DNA of 64,000 bases. Origin: an uncultured Syntrophomonadaceae bacterium (GTDB lineage: Bacteria; Bacillota; Dethiobacteria; DTU022). Below the pieces are notes generated by a model, which saw only the letters and a program-made list of their open reading frames with translations, did no database searches and had not been told where the DNA came from. Positions within the stretch are counted from its first letter, which is position 1; each line of letters starts with the position of its first letter. The stretch is taken from positions 48,819 to 112,818 of the forward strand of contig CAYXQO010000003.1 of NCBI GenBank assembly GCA_964467475.1. The letters are read 5' to 3'. The translations under genes and the position numbers were made by a program. Of this stretch, positions 38,499 to 48,732 are shown in pieces.

Positions 38499-39323
38499 AT
38501 GAATAAATACGATTTTCTTACAGCGGTAGGGATAATAGTGGGAGTTGGCCTGGTCCTTATGGGGATCATTGTTCAAGATGGTGAGCTGGGCGCTTTTATG
38601 GACCCGGCGGGAATGATGATTACCTTAGGAGGGACATTTGGGGCTACCCTGGTTAGTTTTAGGCAGGGTGAAATAAAAACGGTTGTTCAGGTTACTAAAA
38701 ATGTATTTTTCCAAAAGGAACAATCGATTATCGATTTACATGACCGGTTTACCGATTTAGCCCAAAAAGCAAGGCGTGAAGGTTTGCTTGTCCTGGAAGA
38801 TGAACTGGACGAAATTGAAGATCCCTTCTTTCGCAATGGTTTGCAGATGGTAATCGACGGTTTTGAACCGGACAACATCCGCAGTATTTTAAATGCTGAG
38901 TTAACTTCCATGGAAGCGCGCCATGAACAGGGACAAAAGTTGTTTAGCACTATGGGAACTTTTTCTCCGGCATTTGGAATGATCGGCACCTTGATTGGTT
39001 TGATCATGATGCTGGCGGAACTTGATGACCCCGATGCTATCGGGCCGGGAATGTCCGTAGCTTTGCTTACTACTTTTTACGGGGTGTTTCTGGCTAACCT
39101 GGTGTTTATTCCCATATCTAACAAGCTTGCCCTGCACAGTGAAGAAGAATCTCGCATGAAAGAGATTATAATCGAGGCATTGTTGGCCCTGCAGAGCGGC
39201 ATAAACCCGCGTTTGTTGAAGGAACAGATTAAGTCTTATTTTTCACCGCAGGAAAAGAAACTGTTGGAAGAAGCGCAAAAACGTGCCGAGGAAGAAGAGG
39301 AGGACGATTTAGTCGATGTCTAG
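38499..39323 (+). CDS. motA: Flagellar stator protein MotA
   Basis: MotA/TolQ/ExbB family with 4 TM segments. Confidence 0.85.
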   Translation: MNKYDFLTAVGIIVGVGLVLMGIIVQDGELGAFMDPAGMMITLGGTFGATLVSFRQGEIKTVVQVTKNVFFQKEQSIIDLHDRFTDLAQKARREGLLVLEDELDEIEDPFFRNGLQMVIDGFEPDNIRSILNAELTSMEARHEQGQKLFSTMGTFSPAFGMIGTLIGLIMMLAELDDPDAIGPGMSVALLTTFYGVFLANLVFIPISNKLALHSEEESRMKEIIIEALLALQSGINPRLLKEQIKSYFSPQEKKLLEEAQKRAEEEEEDDLVDV

Positions 39324-40116
39324 TCCAGGCCAAAGGCGCCCGAACAATCTGCGAAAAGGAAAAAACAAGGAATCAGGACAAAAGGGTAGTCCGCACTGGA
39401 TGCAGACTTATTCCGACATGGTCACGTTGCTGTTAGCTTTTTTTATTTTGTTATTTTCCATGTCGGTAATTGATATTGAGCGATTTCAGACGGTGATAAT
39501 ATCAATTCAAACCTCTTTTCTTGGAGATACCGGGATCATGGATCAAACTGAAGAACCCCATGAACCAACCGGCGAAGCCCTTAGCCATGAAGACGGGGTT
39601 TTTTCTGAGGCTGATTTACGGGAGCACCTGGAACGGATGGAAGAAGCCGAGGAAGTGAAGGAAGAGGTAAGGGCTTTTTTGGCAGAAATGGGCCTGGAAG
39701 GTGAAGTGGAACTGAGCCTTGATGAACGCGGTGTGGTTATGGAAATGCCCGACTATATCTTCTTTGAAAGGGCTCAGGCTGATTTGATTCCGGAAGCAAG
39801 AGACTTACTCGAAGAATTTGCGGATTTTTTCCGCCAAATGGAGTACGGGATTATTGTTGAGGGGCATACCTGCCACTTGCCGATGAATACCCCGGAGTTT
39901 CCTACTAACTGGGAACTATCAGTGATCAGGGCGGTAAGGGTGATCCGCTACCTCTCTGAAGAGCAAGGTGTCGATCCCGATCGTTTGACCGCTACCGGTT
40001 ATGGCGAACACCGGCCGCTTGAATCAAACGAAACGGCAGAGGGACGTGCCAGGAACCGCCGGGTTACTATTGTTCTTTCTGTATATGAGCCTGAAGAGCA
40101 GCGTGAAGCTTACTAG
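39316..40116 (+). CDS. motB: Flagellar stator protein MotB (OmpA-like C-terminus)
   Basis: N-terminal TM with a conserved Asp region. The C-terminal OmpA-like domain carries NRRVTIV. Confidence 0.85.
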   Translation: MSSPGQRRPNNLRKGKNKESGQKGSPHWMQTYSDMVTLLLAFFILLFSMSVIDIERFQTVIISIQTSFLGDTGIMDQTEEPHEPTGEALSHEDGVFSEADLREHLERMEEAEEVKEEVRAFLAEMGLEGEVELSLDERGVVMEMPDYIFFERAQADLIPEARDLLEEFADFFRQMEYGIIVEGHTCHLPMNTPEFPTNWELSVIRAVRVIRYLSEEQGVDPDRLTATGYGEHRPLESNETAEGRARNRRVTIVLSVYEPEEQREAY

Positions 40117-40136
40117 GACTTGGAGGTAGATTGACG

Positions 40137-40649
40137 GTGACTGCTAAAGAAAAAGAAGAAAAGAATGAAGAAAAGACTGCTGAAAAAAGTGAAAAAAAGG
40201 GGAAAAAACGAAGCCCGTTGTTAAAGATAATCTTAGTTTTGGTCCCGGTTATGATTCTTGGCGGTGGGGCCGCATTCTACTTCATTAGTGGGGAGCTTCC
40301 GTTTTTCGGCGATGGGGTTATTGGTGGAGAAGAAAGCGACAGCCCGCCCCGTTACAGCTATTCAATGCAGGAGTTCCAGGTCAACTTGGCTGATCCGGGG
40401 ACCAGTCGTTTTTTAAGAACTACTTTTGATTTGGCTTATGATGCTCGCGGGTTAACCAGGGAAATCGAAGACCGGGAACCGGAGCTGCGTTCGGAAATCA
40501 TTGCTATCCTGCGTAGTAAATATATTGAAGACCTCGAGGAACCGGGTGGCATGAAAAACTTGGAAAAAGAAATCCTGGATAAACTTAATGAAATGCTTGA
40601 TTCAGGAGAAGTAAAAGCTATTTATTTTAAGGAATTTATTTTCCAATAA
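40137..40649 (+). CDS. fliL: Flagellar basal body-associated protein FliL
   Basis: A single TM plus a FliL domain. GTG 40137 follows a GGAGGTAG RBS. Confidence 0.8.
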   Translation: MTAKEKEEKNEEKTAEKSEKKGKKRSPLLKIILVLVPVMILGGGAAFYFISGELPFFGDGVIGGEESDSPPRYSYSMQEFQVNLADPGTSRFLRTTFDLAYDARGLTREIEDREPELRSEIIAILRSKYIEDLEEPGGMKNLEKEILDKLNEMLDSGEVKAIYFKEFIFQ

Positions 40650-40666
40650 AGCAAAGGGGTATTATA

Positions 40667-41098
40667 ATGGCCGGCAGATCATGGGAAGAATACAGGCCTG
40701 TTTCCGGAGAAAGCACTGAAGAAACTAATCACTGGGAAGAGGCAACGGAGCAGGGGAAACCTGAAATAAAGAAAGTAGTCTTCCAACCGCTTTCTGAAAG
40801 TGAACCTGTTTCTCCCAGACGCGGTATTGCTTCGGAATTTCATGGTGTCAATTTGACTATAAGTGCTGAACTGGGAAAAGTCACCTTAAAGGTCCGTGAT
40901 TTAATAAATCTGGAAGAAGAATCAATCCTGCAGTTAAACCGGGTGGCCGATGAAAAAGTTTTAATTCTAGTCAATGAAACTCCCTTTGCACACGGCGAAA
41001 TAGTGGTGATTAACGACCGTTTCGGTGTAAGGATAACTTCTTTGGTAGATGAAGAAGAGAAAAGCACAGACGATTTTGATCCGGGGAAAGAGAGCTAA
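40667..41098 (+). CDS. FliN-domain (SpoA) protein, an extra FliN paralog at the ancestral fliN position
   Basis: C-terminal LNRVADEKVLILVNETPFAHGEIVVINDRFGVRITSLV is the FliN/SpoA signature. Confidence 0.75.
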   Translation: MAGRSWEEYRPVSGESTEETNHWEEATEQGKPEIKKVVFQPLSESEPVSPRRGIASEFHGVNLTISAELGKVTLKVRDLINLEEESILQLNRVADEKVLILVNETPFAHGEIVVINDRFGVRITSLVDEEEKSTDDFDPGKES

Positions 41099-41101
41099 AT
41101 A

Positions 41102-41461
41102 ATGGGTAGCTATGGAATGATTTTACAATCAATGGGCTTTTTGGTTCTGATCGTGGTTTTGGCTTACCTGGCGATTCGGTACGGGCTTCGTTCGGTTTAC
41201 CGCGGCATCAGTGGGGGGTATATGAAAGTCCTGGAAAGGGTCCCCCTTGATCATAAGAGTGGCAGCTCCCTGGCTTTGATCCAGGTGGGCAAAGAAATTT
41301 ACCTTGTGGGGACTGCGCAAAACAATGTAACCTTGCTGAAAACATATGACTGGAAAGATTTGCAGTATCTTGAGGACAACCTTTCAGAGAATCCGGTTGA
41401 CCTAAAAAACTCTTTTTCCCGGATTATGCATAGTTTTAAAAAAGATAGTGGTAACGAATAG
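41102..41461 (+). CDS. fliO: Flagellar biosynthesis protein FliO/FliZ
   Basis: Small single-TM protein upstream of fliP. Confidence 0.75.
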   Translation: MGSYGMILQSMGFLVLIVVLAYLAIRYGLRSVYRGISGGYMKVLERVPLDHKSGSSLALIQVGKEIYLVGTAQNNVTLLKTYDWKDLQYLEDNLSENPVDLKNSFSRIMHSFKKDSGNE

Positions 41462-41491
41462 ATTAATTATGAAAGCAGTGGCGAAAAACAA

Positions 41492-42271
41492 ATGAAGTCT
41501 GGTTTGAAAAGCGGAATCATCCTTGCTCTTTTTATAACTTTATTGATCATATTTTTCTTGCCGGCAGAAGGGTCTGCTCAGCCGGTGCAGGTGCCTCAAA
41601 TCGATCTGCAGATTGGTGGAGAAGAAGGGGAAGAAGACCCGGAAAGCCTGGTCGGGTTTTTACAGCTTTTACTGATTATAGCCCTTTTAACTCTGGCTCC
41701 GGCCTTTGTTATCTTGATGACCTCTTTTACCCGGATTGTGGTGGTGCTCTCTTTTACCCGGAACGCTATGGCTACCCAGCAAATTCCGCCGAACCAGGTG
41801 CTCATTGGGCTGGCTTTGTTTCTTACATTTTTTGTAATGCAACCGGTGCTCGCAGAGGTTAATGAAAATGCGGTAGAGCCTTACCTGGATGGGGATATCG
41901 ACCAGGAAACTGCCCTTGAAATCGGTGCAGAACCGTTTAAAGAGTTCATGTTTTACCATACCAGGGAAAGAGACCTGGCGCTCTTTGTCAATATAGCCGA
42001 GATTGAAGGCCCTGAAACCCAGGAAGATGTGCCCCTGCATGTGTTGGTGCCCGCTTTTATCATCAGTGAATTGAAAACAGCTTTCCAGATGGGCTTTATG
42101 CTCTTTGTGCCTTTTCTGATTATAGATATGGTCGTGGCAAGCACCTTAATGTCGATGGGGATGTTTATGCTTCCCCCGGTGATTGTTTCTATGCCTTTTA
42201 AACTTCTTTTGTTCATTATGGTTGACGGTTGGCACCTGGTGGTAAGTTCATTGCTGGAAAGCTTTAATTAA
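41492..42271 (+). CDS. fliP: Flagellar export apparatus protein FliP
   Basis: FliP family TM motifs. Confidence 0.9.
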   Translation: MKSGLKSGIILALFITLLIIFFLPAEGSAQPVQVPQIDLQIGGEEGEEDPESLVGFLQLLLIIALLTLAPAFVILMTSFTRIVVVLSFTRNAMATQQIPPNQVLIGLALFLTFFVMQPVLAEVNENAVEPYLDGDIDQETALEIGAEPFKEFMFYHTRERDLALFVNIAEIEGPETQEDVPLHVLVPAFIISELKTAFQMGFMLFVPFLIIDMVVASTLMSMGMFMLPPVIVSMPFKLLLFIMVDGWHLVVSSLLESFN

Positions 42272-42285
42272 AGGGGTTTTTATCT

Positions 42286-42552
42286 ATGACGCCCGATGGC
42301 TTATTAAATGTGGTGCAGCAGGCAGTAATCGTAATTTTGCTTATGGTAGCACCAATCATTGGTTCAGGATTGGCTGTAGGGTTGACAGTGAGTATTCTGC
42401 AGGCTACTACCCAGATCCAGGAACCAACGCTGGCCTTTGTGCCAAAAATTGTTGCGGTATTAGTGGCAGTAATGGTTTTTGGTGGTTGGGTTTTCAGCAA
42501 TGTAGTTCAGTTTACTATCGAGCTTTGGAGTGAAGGGTTAACGAGGCTTTAA
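42286..42552 (+). CDS. fliQ: Flagellar export apparatus protein FliQ
   Basis: 88 aa, two TM segments, FliQ family. Confidence 0.9.
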   Translation: MTPDGLLNVVQQAVIVILLMVAPIIGSGLAVGLTVSILQATTQIQEPTLAFVPKIVAVLVAVMVFGGWVFSNVVQFTIELWSEGLTRL

Positions 42553-42696
42553 TGTTAGTTAAGGTCAGCAGGTGGTTTTCAGTGCTCTTTAATAATGAAA
42601 ATTCTAGCTGTCTACGGTTTGTAGGGGCATGGTTGAACAGGGATAATGCCGGGGGACTGAAAAGAGAAGCCCCGGACCCGGGATGGGGGAGATGAC

Positions 42697-43476
42697 TTGG
42701 AAGCATTCTTTCCCCTTGATTTGCAAGACTGGGTGGTTTATCTCTTTGTTTGGGCCCGTATGATGGGGATTGTCTTTTTGTTTCCTTTTTTCAGTTACCA
42801 GGGCATCCCTTTTACCCTGCGCCTCTGGCTTTCACTGGTGATTGCCCTGCTAATTTTCCTTTCCCTGGAAAGCCTCCCTGAGTTTGATTTTCGGGGGCCT
42901 TTGGAGATGGTTTTGCTGCTGGGTAAGGAAGTACTGGTCGGTTTGGCCCTGGGTTACCTGGTGAATATGATGTTTCAGGTATTCCTTAACGCAGGCCAGA
43001 TGGTTGATTTAAAGTCGGGGTTGATGCTTTCAGGGGTATTTGAACCGCAGTTTGGCAGCAGGGTTACCTTTATGGGACAGTTTTATTACTTGTTGGCGCT
43101 GGTCTTTTTTCTGACCGTTAACGGGCATCATTACTTTATTCGGGCTCTGGCTGACAGTTATACACTTATACCGTTGGATGCCCCGCTCATGGAGCAAACC
43201 CAGGCTACCGGGTTAATCCGGCTTTTTGCCGATATGTTTGCCCTGTCTTTTCAACTGGTGGCGCCGATTATTATTATCCTGATGGTTGTTGATATTGCTC
43301 TCGGGTTGATAGCAAAAACTGTGCCGCAGGTGCATGTATTTATCCTGGGGTTGCCTTTGAAAATAGCTTTATCTTTGCTTTTATTTGCCATGCTGGTTCC
43401 AGTTTTTGGAGCTGTATGGGATGGTCTGGTTGACCGTTTTATACTAAATCTAAATCAGTTTATGCAGGGATGGTGA
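42697..43476 (+). CDS. fliR: Flagellar export apparatus protein FliR
   Basis: Polytopic membrane protein. TTG start behind GGGGGAG. Confidence 0.85.
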   Translation: MEAFFPLDLQDWVVYLFVWARMMGIVFLFPFFSYQGIPFTLRLWLSLVIALLIFLSLESLPEFDFRGPLEMVLLLGKEVLVGLALGYLVNMMFQVFLNAGQMVDLKSGLMLSGVFEPQFGSRVTFMGQFYYLLALVFFLTVNGHHYFIRALADSYTLIPLDAPLMEQTQATGLIRLFADMFALSFQLVAPIIIILMVVDIALGLIAKTVPQVHVFILGLPLKIALSLLLFAMLVPVFGAVWDGLVDRFILNLNQFMQGW

Positions 43477-43480
43477 AAAT

Positions 43481-44560
43481 TTGCTTTTCTTCTTCCAGGA
43501 TAGTGGCGAAAAAACAGAAGAACCTACGCCGCATCGATTGCGTGAAGCCCGCCGCAAGGGGCAGGTTTTCAAAAGCATGGAGCTTAATTCCGCGATCAAC
43601 ATTTTAGGGGTTATGCTTTTATTCACTATTTTTGGCACCCTGGCCCTTGGAGGGATTGAAGAAGCATTTAACTTGTTTGCACATGATATGCTTGCTTTCT
43701 CTCTTAATATGGAAAATGCTCATACCGTGCTTTGGGATGCGATCACCCGCTATTTTTCGATTATGGCCCCGGTGTTTGCAGTGGCCTTTATCCTGGGGAT
43801 AACAGCAAACCTGGTTCAGGTTGGTTTTTTAACTTCCACTCAGCAGATGGCGCCGCAGTTAAAACGGTTGAATCCCCTGGAAGGGGTCAAAAAAATTGCC
43901 TCCAAGAAAGCGCTATTTGAGATGGTCAAATCCATCTTGAAGATAGGGGTAATTAGCACGGTCGCTGTTTTGTTTATTTATAGCCGTTTGGACGAACTGC
44001 TGAAATTAATAAACCAGAGCGCTGCAGTTAGCCTGGGTGTTTTTTGGAATACAATTATTATGATGGGGCTTATAGTCGGGTTGGTATTTTTATTTATCGC
44101 TTTGCTCGACTATATATACCAGCGTTATGAGCACAAACAAAGCCTGAAAATGAGCCAAAAGGAAATAAAGGACGAACATAAGAACTTGGAAGGGGATCCC
44201 CTGATTCGTTCCAAGCTCAAGGAAAAACAACGCAAGCTGGCCCAGGAACGGATGATGCAGGATGTTCCCGATGCCGATGTTGTCATTACAAACCCTACGG
44301 AAATAGCTGTTGCCCTGGTTTACCGGGAAGGTCAGGACCAGGCACCACGGGTGGTAGCCAAGGGAGTGGAAGTATTGGCTCAAAAAATCAGGGAAATAGC
44401 CGGAGAACATGAAGTGCCGGTGGTGGAAAATCCTCCGGTAGCCCAAATCTTATGGAAGAAAACCGAGATTGGCGAGGAAATACCGATTGAATTGTACCAG
44501 GCGGTAGCCGAAATAATGGCCATGGTTTACCGTATGCGCGAGAAAAGAAGCTATATTTAG
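43481..44560 (+). CDS. flhB: Flagellar export apparatus protein FlhB
   Basis: N-terminal EKTEEPTPHRLREARRKGQV and an NPTE autocleavage motif. Confidence 0.9.
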   Translation: MLFFFQDSGEKTEEPTPHRLREARRKGQVFKSMELNSAINILGVMLLFTIFGTLALGGIEEAFNLFAHDMLAFSLNMENAHTVLWDAITRYFSIMAPVFAVAFILGITANLVQVGFLTSTQQMAPQLKRLNPLEGVKKIASKKALFEMVKSILKIGVISTVAVLFIYSRLDELLKLINQSAAVSLGVFWNTIIMMGLIVGLVFLFIALLDYIYQRYEHKQSLKMSQKEIKDEHKNLEGDPLIRSKLKEKQRKLAQERMMQDVPDADVVITNPTEIAVALVYREGQDQAPRVVAKGVEVLAQKIREIAGEHEVPVVENPPVAQILWKKTEIGEEIPIELYQAVAEIMAMVYRMREKRSYI

Positions 44561-44579
44561 TTGAAGGGCATGGTAAGAA

Positions 44580-46679
44580 ATGTCGATCATTGATCAAAAC
44601 CGGTTCAACATTAATTCAGTAAGCAAGCTGATAAAGAGCAATACTGATATTATGGCGGCAGTAGCCTTTATCGGCATGGTTGTTATTATTATTATTCCGG
44701 TTACCCCGTGGCTACTTGATTTGCTGTTAACCCTAAATATTGCCTTTGGCCTGATTGTTTTGCTGGTCACCCTGTTTGCCAGCGATACCAGGGAATTGAA
44801 CATATTTCCTTCTGTATTATTAACTGCAACGTTGTTTCGCTTAGCGTTAAATATTTCTTCCACCCGGTTGATCCTTTCTGAAGCTCATGCCGGGGCGGTA
44901 ATACAGGCTTTTGGCGACTTCGTGGTTCGGGAAAACTATGTTGTGGGGATGGTTGTATTTGTCATTATCACCGTGGTGCAGTTTGTAGTGATAACAAACG
45001 GTGCCGGAAGGGTAGCAGAGGTTGCAGCCAGGTTTACTCTTGATGCCCTGCCCGGTAAACAGATGAGCATTGATGCCGATTTCAATGCCGGACTGATTGA
45101 TGAAGAAACCGCCCGTAACAAGCGTAAGGAAATGCAAAAGGAAGCTGATTTTTATGGCTCCATGGATGGTGCCAGCAAGTTTGTGCGTGGCGATGCTATA
45201 GCCGGGATTGTGATTGTGTTGATCAATATATTAGGTGGTTTAGGGATTGGTGCCCTTCAGCTGGGAATGTCTATAGAAGAAGCAGCCTCGGTATTTACTA
45301 TTCTTACAGTGGGAGACGGCCTGGTAGCTCAGGTGCCCGCTTTGCTTATCTCCACTTCGGCTGGAATGCTGGTAACCCGTTCTACCGCGGAAGCCTCATT
45401 CGGTGAAGAGATGAGCGCTCAACTGGTAGCTTTTCCGAAGGTGATCTTTTTGGCGGCGGTTCTGTTGTTTTTCCTGGGGATAGTCCCGGGCATGCCCGCT
45501 CTGCCATTTTTCCTGCTGGCTGCTGCCGGCGGCACTTTGTCATTTTTCCTTTTCAGGGAAAGCAAGCAGGCCGAAGACAAAGCTCAGGCTGTTGCTGAAC
45601 AAGAGACGAAAGAAACAGCTCCTGAACCGGATGATTTTACTTCCCTGCTCAGAGTTGAATTGTTGGAAATAGAAATTGGATATAACCTGGTGGAGCTTAC
45701 TGATGAAGCGAGAGGTGGTAACCTGCTCGACCGAATTACGGCAGCCCGCAAGCGAGCGATCAATGAACTGGGTATTATTATTCAACCGATCCGGATGCGG
45801 GACAATCTCCAGTTGAGTCCATTTGAATACCGTTTTAAGCTAAAGGGCAATGAAATTGCCCGCGGAGAGGTGCGGCCCGGACTTTACCTTGCCCTTAACC
45901 CGGAAGGGGAACTGCCTGAGGGAATTGAGGGGATCGAGACTACCGAGCCTACTTTCAACCTGCCTGCAGTTTGGATTTCAGAAGAACAAAGAACCATAGC
46001 TGAAACGCTTGGTTGTACTGTGGTTGATGCCTCAACCGTTTTGATTACGCACTTAAGTGAAGTAATCAAAAATAATGCCCATGAAATACTGGATCGTCAG
46101 GCTGTAAAAGAAATGATGCAGGCGCTGAAAGAGACCAATCAGGCCGTGGTAGAAGAGTTGACTCCCGAGATCATGTCGCTTGGTGAAGTGCAGAAAGTCC
46201 TGCAGAACCTGCTCAAGGAAAGGGTTCCTTTACATGATATGGTGACAATTTTGGAAGAGCTGGCCGACCAGGGCAGGACTACCAAAGATATCGACATATT
46301 AACCGAGTCGGTCAGGCAAGCCCTCCGCAGGACGATAACTTCGCAGTATGTCAATGAAAGCGGGCAAATGCAGGTGGTTACTATAGATCCGAAACTGGAA
46401 AAGAAAATATCTGAGTCCATTCAACATACTAAGCAGGGCAGCTTCCCGGTAATGGATCCGGAAGTGACCCAGAATCTGGTGGACGGCATTAGTAAGGTTG
46501 TCGATAATTTACATAAAAAGGGGATTTCCCCGGTTCTTCTTACTTCGCCGACTATTCGGCTACCGTTAAAACGGCTGCTTGAAAGATTTCACTTGACTGT
46601 TCCGGTACTATCGATCAATGAAGTTCTGCCGGAAGTTAAAGTGGAAGCAGCGGGGGTGATCAAAGAAAATGAAAATTAG
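44580..46679 (+). CDS. flhA: Flagellar export apparatus protein FlhA
   Basis: FlhA family, 699 aa. Confidence 0.95.
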   Translation: MSIIDQNRFNINSVSKLIKSNTDIMAAVAFIGMVVIIIIPVTPWLLDLLLTLNIAFGLIVLLVTLFASDTRELNIFPSVLLTATLFRLALNISSTRLILSEAHAGAVIQAFGDFVVRENYVVGMVVFVIITVVQFVVITNGAGRVAEVAARFTLDALPGKQMSIDADFNAGLIDEETARNKRKEMQKEADFYGSMDGASKFVRGDAIAGIVIVLINILGGLGIGALQLGMSIEEAASVFTILTVGDGLVAQVPALLISTSAGMLVTRSTAEASFGEEMSAQLVAFPKVIFLAAVLLFFLGIVPGMPALPFFLLAAAGGTLSFFLFRESKQAEDKAQAVAEQETKETAPEPDDFTSLLRVELLEIEIGYNLVELTDEARGGNLLDRITAARKRAINELGIIIQPIRMRDNLQLSPFEYRFKLKGNEIARGEVRPGLYLALNPEGELPEGIEGIETTEPTFNLPAVWISEEQRTIAETLGCTVVDASTVLITHLSEVIKNNAHEILDRQAVKEMMQALKETNQAVVEELTPEIMSLGEVQKVLQNLLKERVPLHDMVTILEELADQGRTTKDIDILTESVRQALRRTITSQYVNESGQMQVVTIDPKLEKKISESIQHTKQGSFPVMDPEVTQNLVDGISKVVDNLHKKGISPVLLTSPTIRLPLKRLLERFHLTVPVLSINEVLPEVKVEAAGVIKENEN

Positions 46680-47784
46680 AAAATACCTAGCCGATGATAT
46701 GAAAGAGGGCATGATGCAGGTAAAAAAAGACCTTGGCATGGAGGCAGTTATCCTTTACAGTCGACCGGTGAGACGTAAGGGGTTGCTTGGCTTTTTTACC
46801 CCAAAACAGATGGAGATTGTTGCGGCTGTGGATCCAAAAAGAAAAGAGCCCCCTGCAAACAATTCCACGCTCAAAAAAGTTGCTGAGAAGGACAGGGAGA
46901 TCAGCTACATGAATGAAGAGATCAAGGAGTTAAAGGAAAAAATTTCAGAGATTTCTGCTGTGGCGGCGATCAATGACCAGGAAGAATCGGTAGAATCAAA
47001 AGTTGTAACCAGGAAAAAAAGCTCTGCTTACTGGAGAAACTATCTTGAGCACCATGATCTTGACCCGACTTTATTGGAGGAAGTTTTTAGTGAAGCTGAG
47101 GCTGAGGCTGCAAAACCGGGGCGTATGAGTCATGCTCAGATGGCTGAAATACTTAAAGGTAAAGTGGAAGGTAAAATAAGCTGTGCAAACGGATGCAGCA
47201 ACCGCACCCAGATATTTATTGGCCCTACAGGGGTGGGCAAGACCACAACTTTGGCTAAACTGGCAGCTCGGCACTCACTTAATCAAGATGAAAAAGTGGG
47301 ACTGGTTACAATTGATCATTACCGCATTGGTGCTGTGGATCAACTGTGTGCTTATGCAGAAATTATGGATTTACCGCTTGAAGTAGTAATGAGTCCACAG
47401 GATCTATTTAAGGTAATGATGCGCCTTGAAAATTGCGACCGAATTTTAATTGATACGGCTGGCAGATCCACGGGGAACAATGAACAACTTAGTGATTTGG
47501 CCTCATACATAGAAATGCTGAAACCTGCTGATATTTACCTGGTGTTAAGTGCTACTACCAGGAGCCAGGATTTACAGTTTATTACTGAGCGTTTTAAAAA
47601 ACTCAGCTATAACCGTCTGGTTATAACCAAGCTTGATGAAACCAGTTCTTATGGTGCGATTATGAATAGTTCATATTATACAAAAATGCCGCTGGTTTAT
47701 CTGACCGACGGCCAGCAGGTGCCTGAAGACTTGAAGCTGGCTGCAGAAGCCGATCCGGCCGGCATGTTGTGGAGGAAAGGGTAA
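46669..47784 (+). CDS. flhF: Flagellar SRP-like GTPase FlhF
   Basis: GPTGVGKTTT G1 motif with SRP-GTPase architecture. Confidence 0.9.
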   Translation: MKIRKYLADDMKEGMMQVKKDLGMEAVILYSRPVRRKGLLGFFTPKQMEIVAAVDPKRKEPPANNSTLKKVAEKDREISYMNEEIKELKEKISEISAVAAINDQEESVESKVVTRKKSSAYWRNYLEHHDLDPTLLEEVFSEAEAEAAKPGRMSHAQMAEILKGKVEGKISCANGCSNRTQIFIGPTGVGKTTTLAKLAARHSLNQDEKVGLVTIDHYRIGAVDQLCAYAEIMDLPLEVVMSPQDLFKVMMRLENCDRILIDTAGRSTGNNEQLSDLASYIEMLKPADIYLVLSATTRSQDLQFITERFKKLSYNRLVITKLDETSSYGAIMNSSYYTKMPLVYLTDGQQVPEDLKLAAEADPAGMLWRKG

Positions 47785-47786
47785 AT

Positions 47787-48683
47787 ATGGGAGACCAGGC
47801 TGAACAACTAAGAACTGCTGCCAGGGAAAAAAGAACGGAAAGTTCTTATGAAAAGAAGAGCTCGTTTGCAGGCAAATCAAAGGTTTTTACCATCACCAGC
47901 GGTAAGGGTGGGGTTGGTAAAACCAGCCTGGTGGTTAATCTTGGATTGGCCCTTACCCGTATTGGCTATAAAGTAGTGGTTATTGATGCTGATCTGGGAT
48001 TGCCCAACATTGATGTCATGACCAATTCATTTCCTTCTCACAATATCGATGATGTGATCAGCGGGACGAAAAACATCAGGGAAATAATTATGGAAGGGCC
48101 AATGGGTTTAAAGATGGTGCCGGGGGGATCCGGTTTCTATGATTTAACCAACCTGTCGCAGACGAAGCGGGATATTTTATTAAAACAATTGGTTGATTTG
48201 GAAAACGAAGGCGATTTTATTTTAATTGATACGGCTGCTGGCATATCGCGTAACGTAATCAGCATGGTTGAGGCGGGCGATGAGTTCATCTTGATAACTA
48301 CACCGGAACCTACTGCTATGACTGATGCGTATAGCTTGTTGAAAGTTGTTTTTGAAAGAGGTCTTAGAAAAGAAGGGCGGGTGGTAGTCAATCTTACCCG
48401 CAACCCGGATCACGGTCAAAAAGTTTATTCCGGTTTTAACCGGGTTATCCAACAATACCTACCGGAAATGAATTTAAATTACCTGGGTGATGTCAGGTAT
48501 GACCCGGCAGTGAGCAATGCAGTCCATAATTTTACTCCTTTTGTGGTCAGTCGCCCGCAAAGCATTGCTTCGACGGCGGTCAACAGGATTGCCTGGCGGA
48601 TTGCGGCAAATAGTGAAGTAGAAGAACAGCCCAGGCAGGGCTTGGCCGGTTTTATAGACAGGTTGAAAGGTAAAGGTGCATGA
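47787..48683 (+). CDS. flhG: MinD-type ATPase FlhG (YlxH)
   Basis: Deviant Walker A SGKGGVGKTS. Positioned after flhF. Confidence 0.85.
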   Translation: MGDQAEQLRTAAREKRTESSYEKKSSFAGKSKVFTITSGKGGVGKTSLVVNLGLALTRIGYKVVVIDADLGLPNIDVMTNSFPSHNIDDVISGTKNIREIIMEGPMGLKMVPGGSGFYDLTNLSQTKRDILLKQLVDLENEGDFILIDTAAGISRNVISMVEAGDEFILITTPEPTAMTDAYSLLKVVFERGLRKEGRVVVNLTRNPDHGQKVYSGFNRVIQQYLPEMNLNYLGDVRYDPAVSNAVHNFTPFVVSRPQSIASTAVNRIAWRIAANSEVEEQPRQGLAGFIDRLKGKGA

Positions 48684-48732
48684 TGAGGCTGTTTTGGCTT
48701 AGGAAAGGATAAAGGAGGTTCAACAGGCAACC

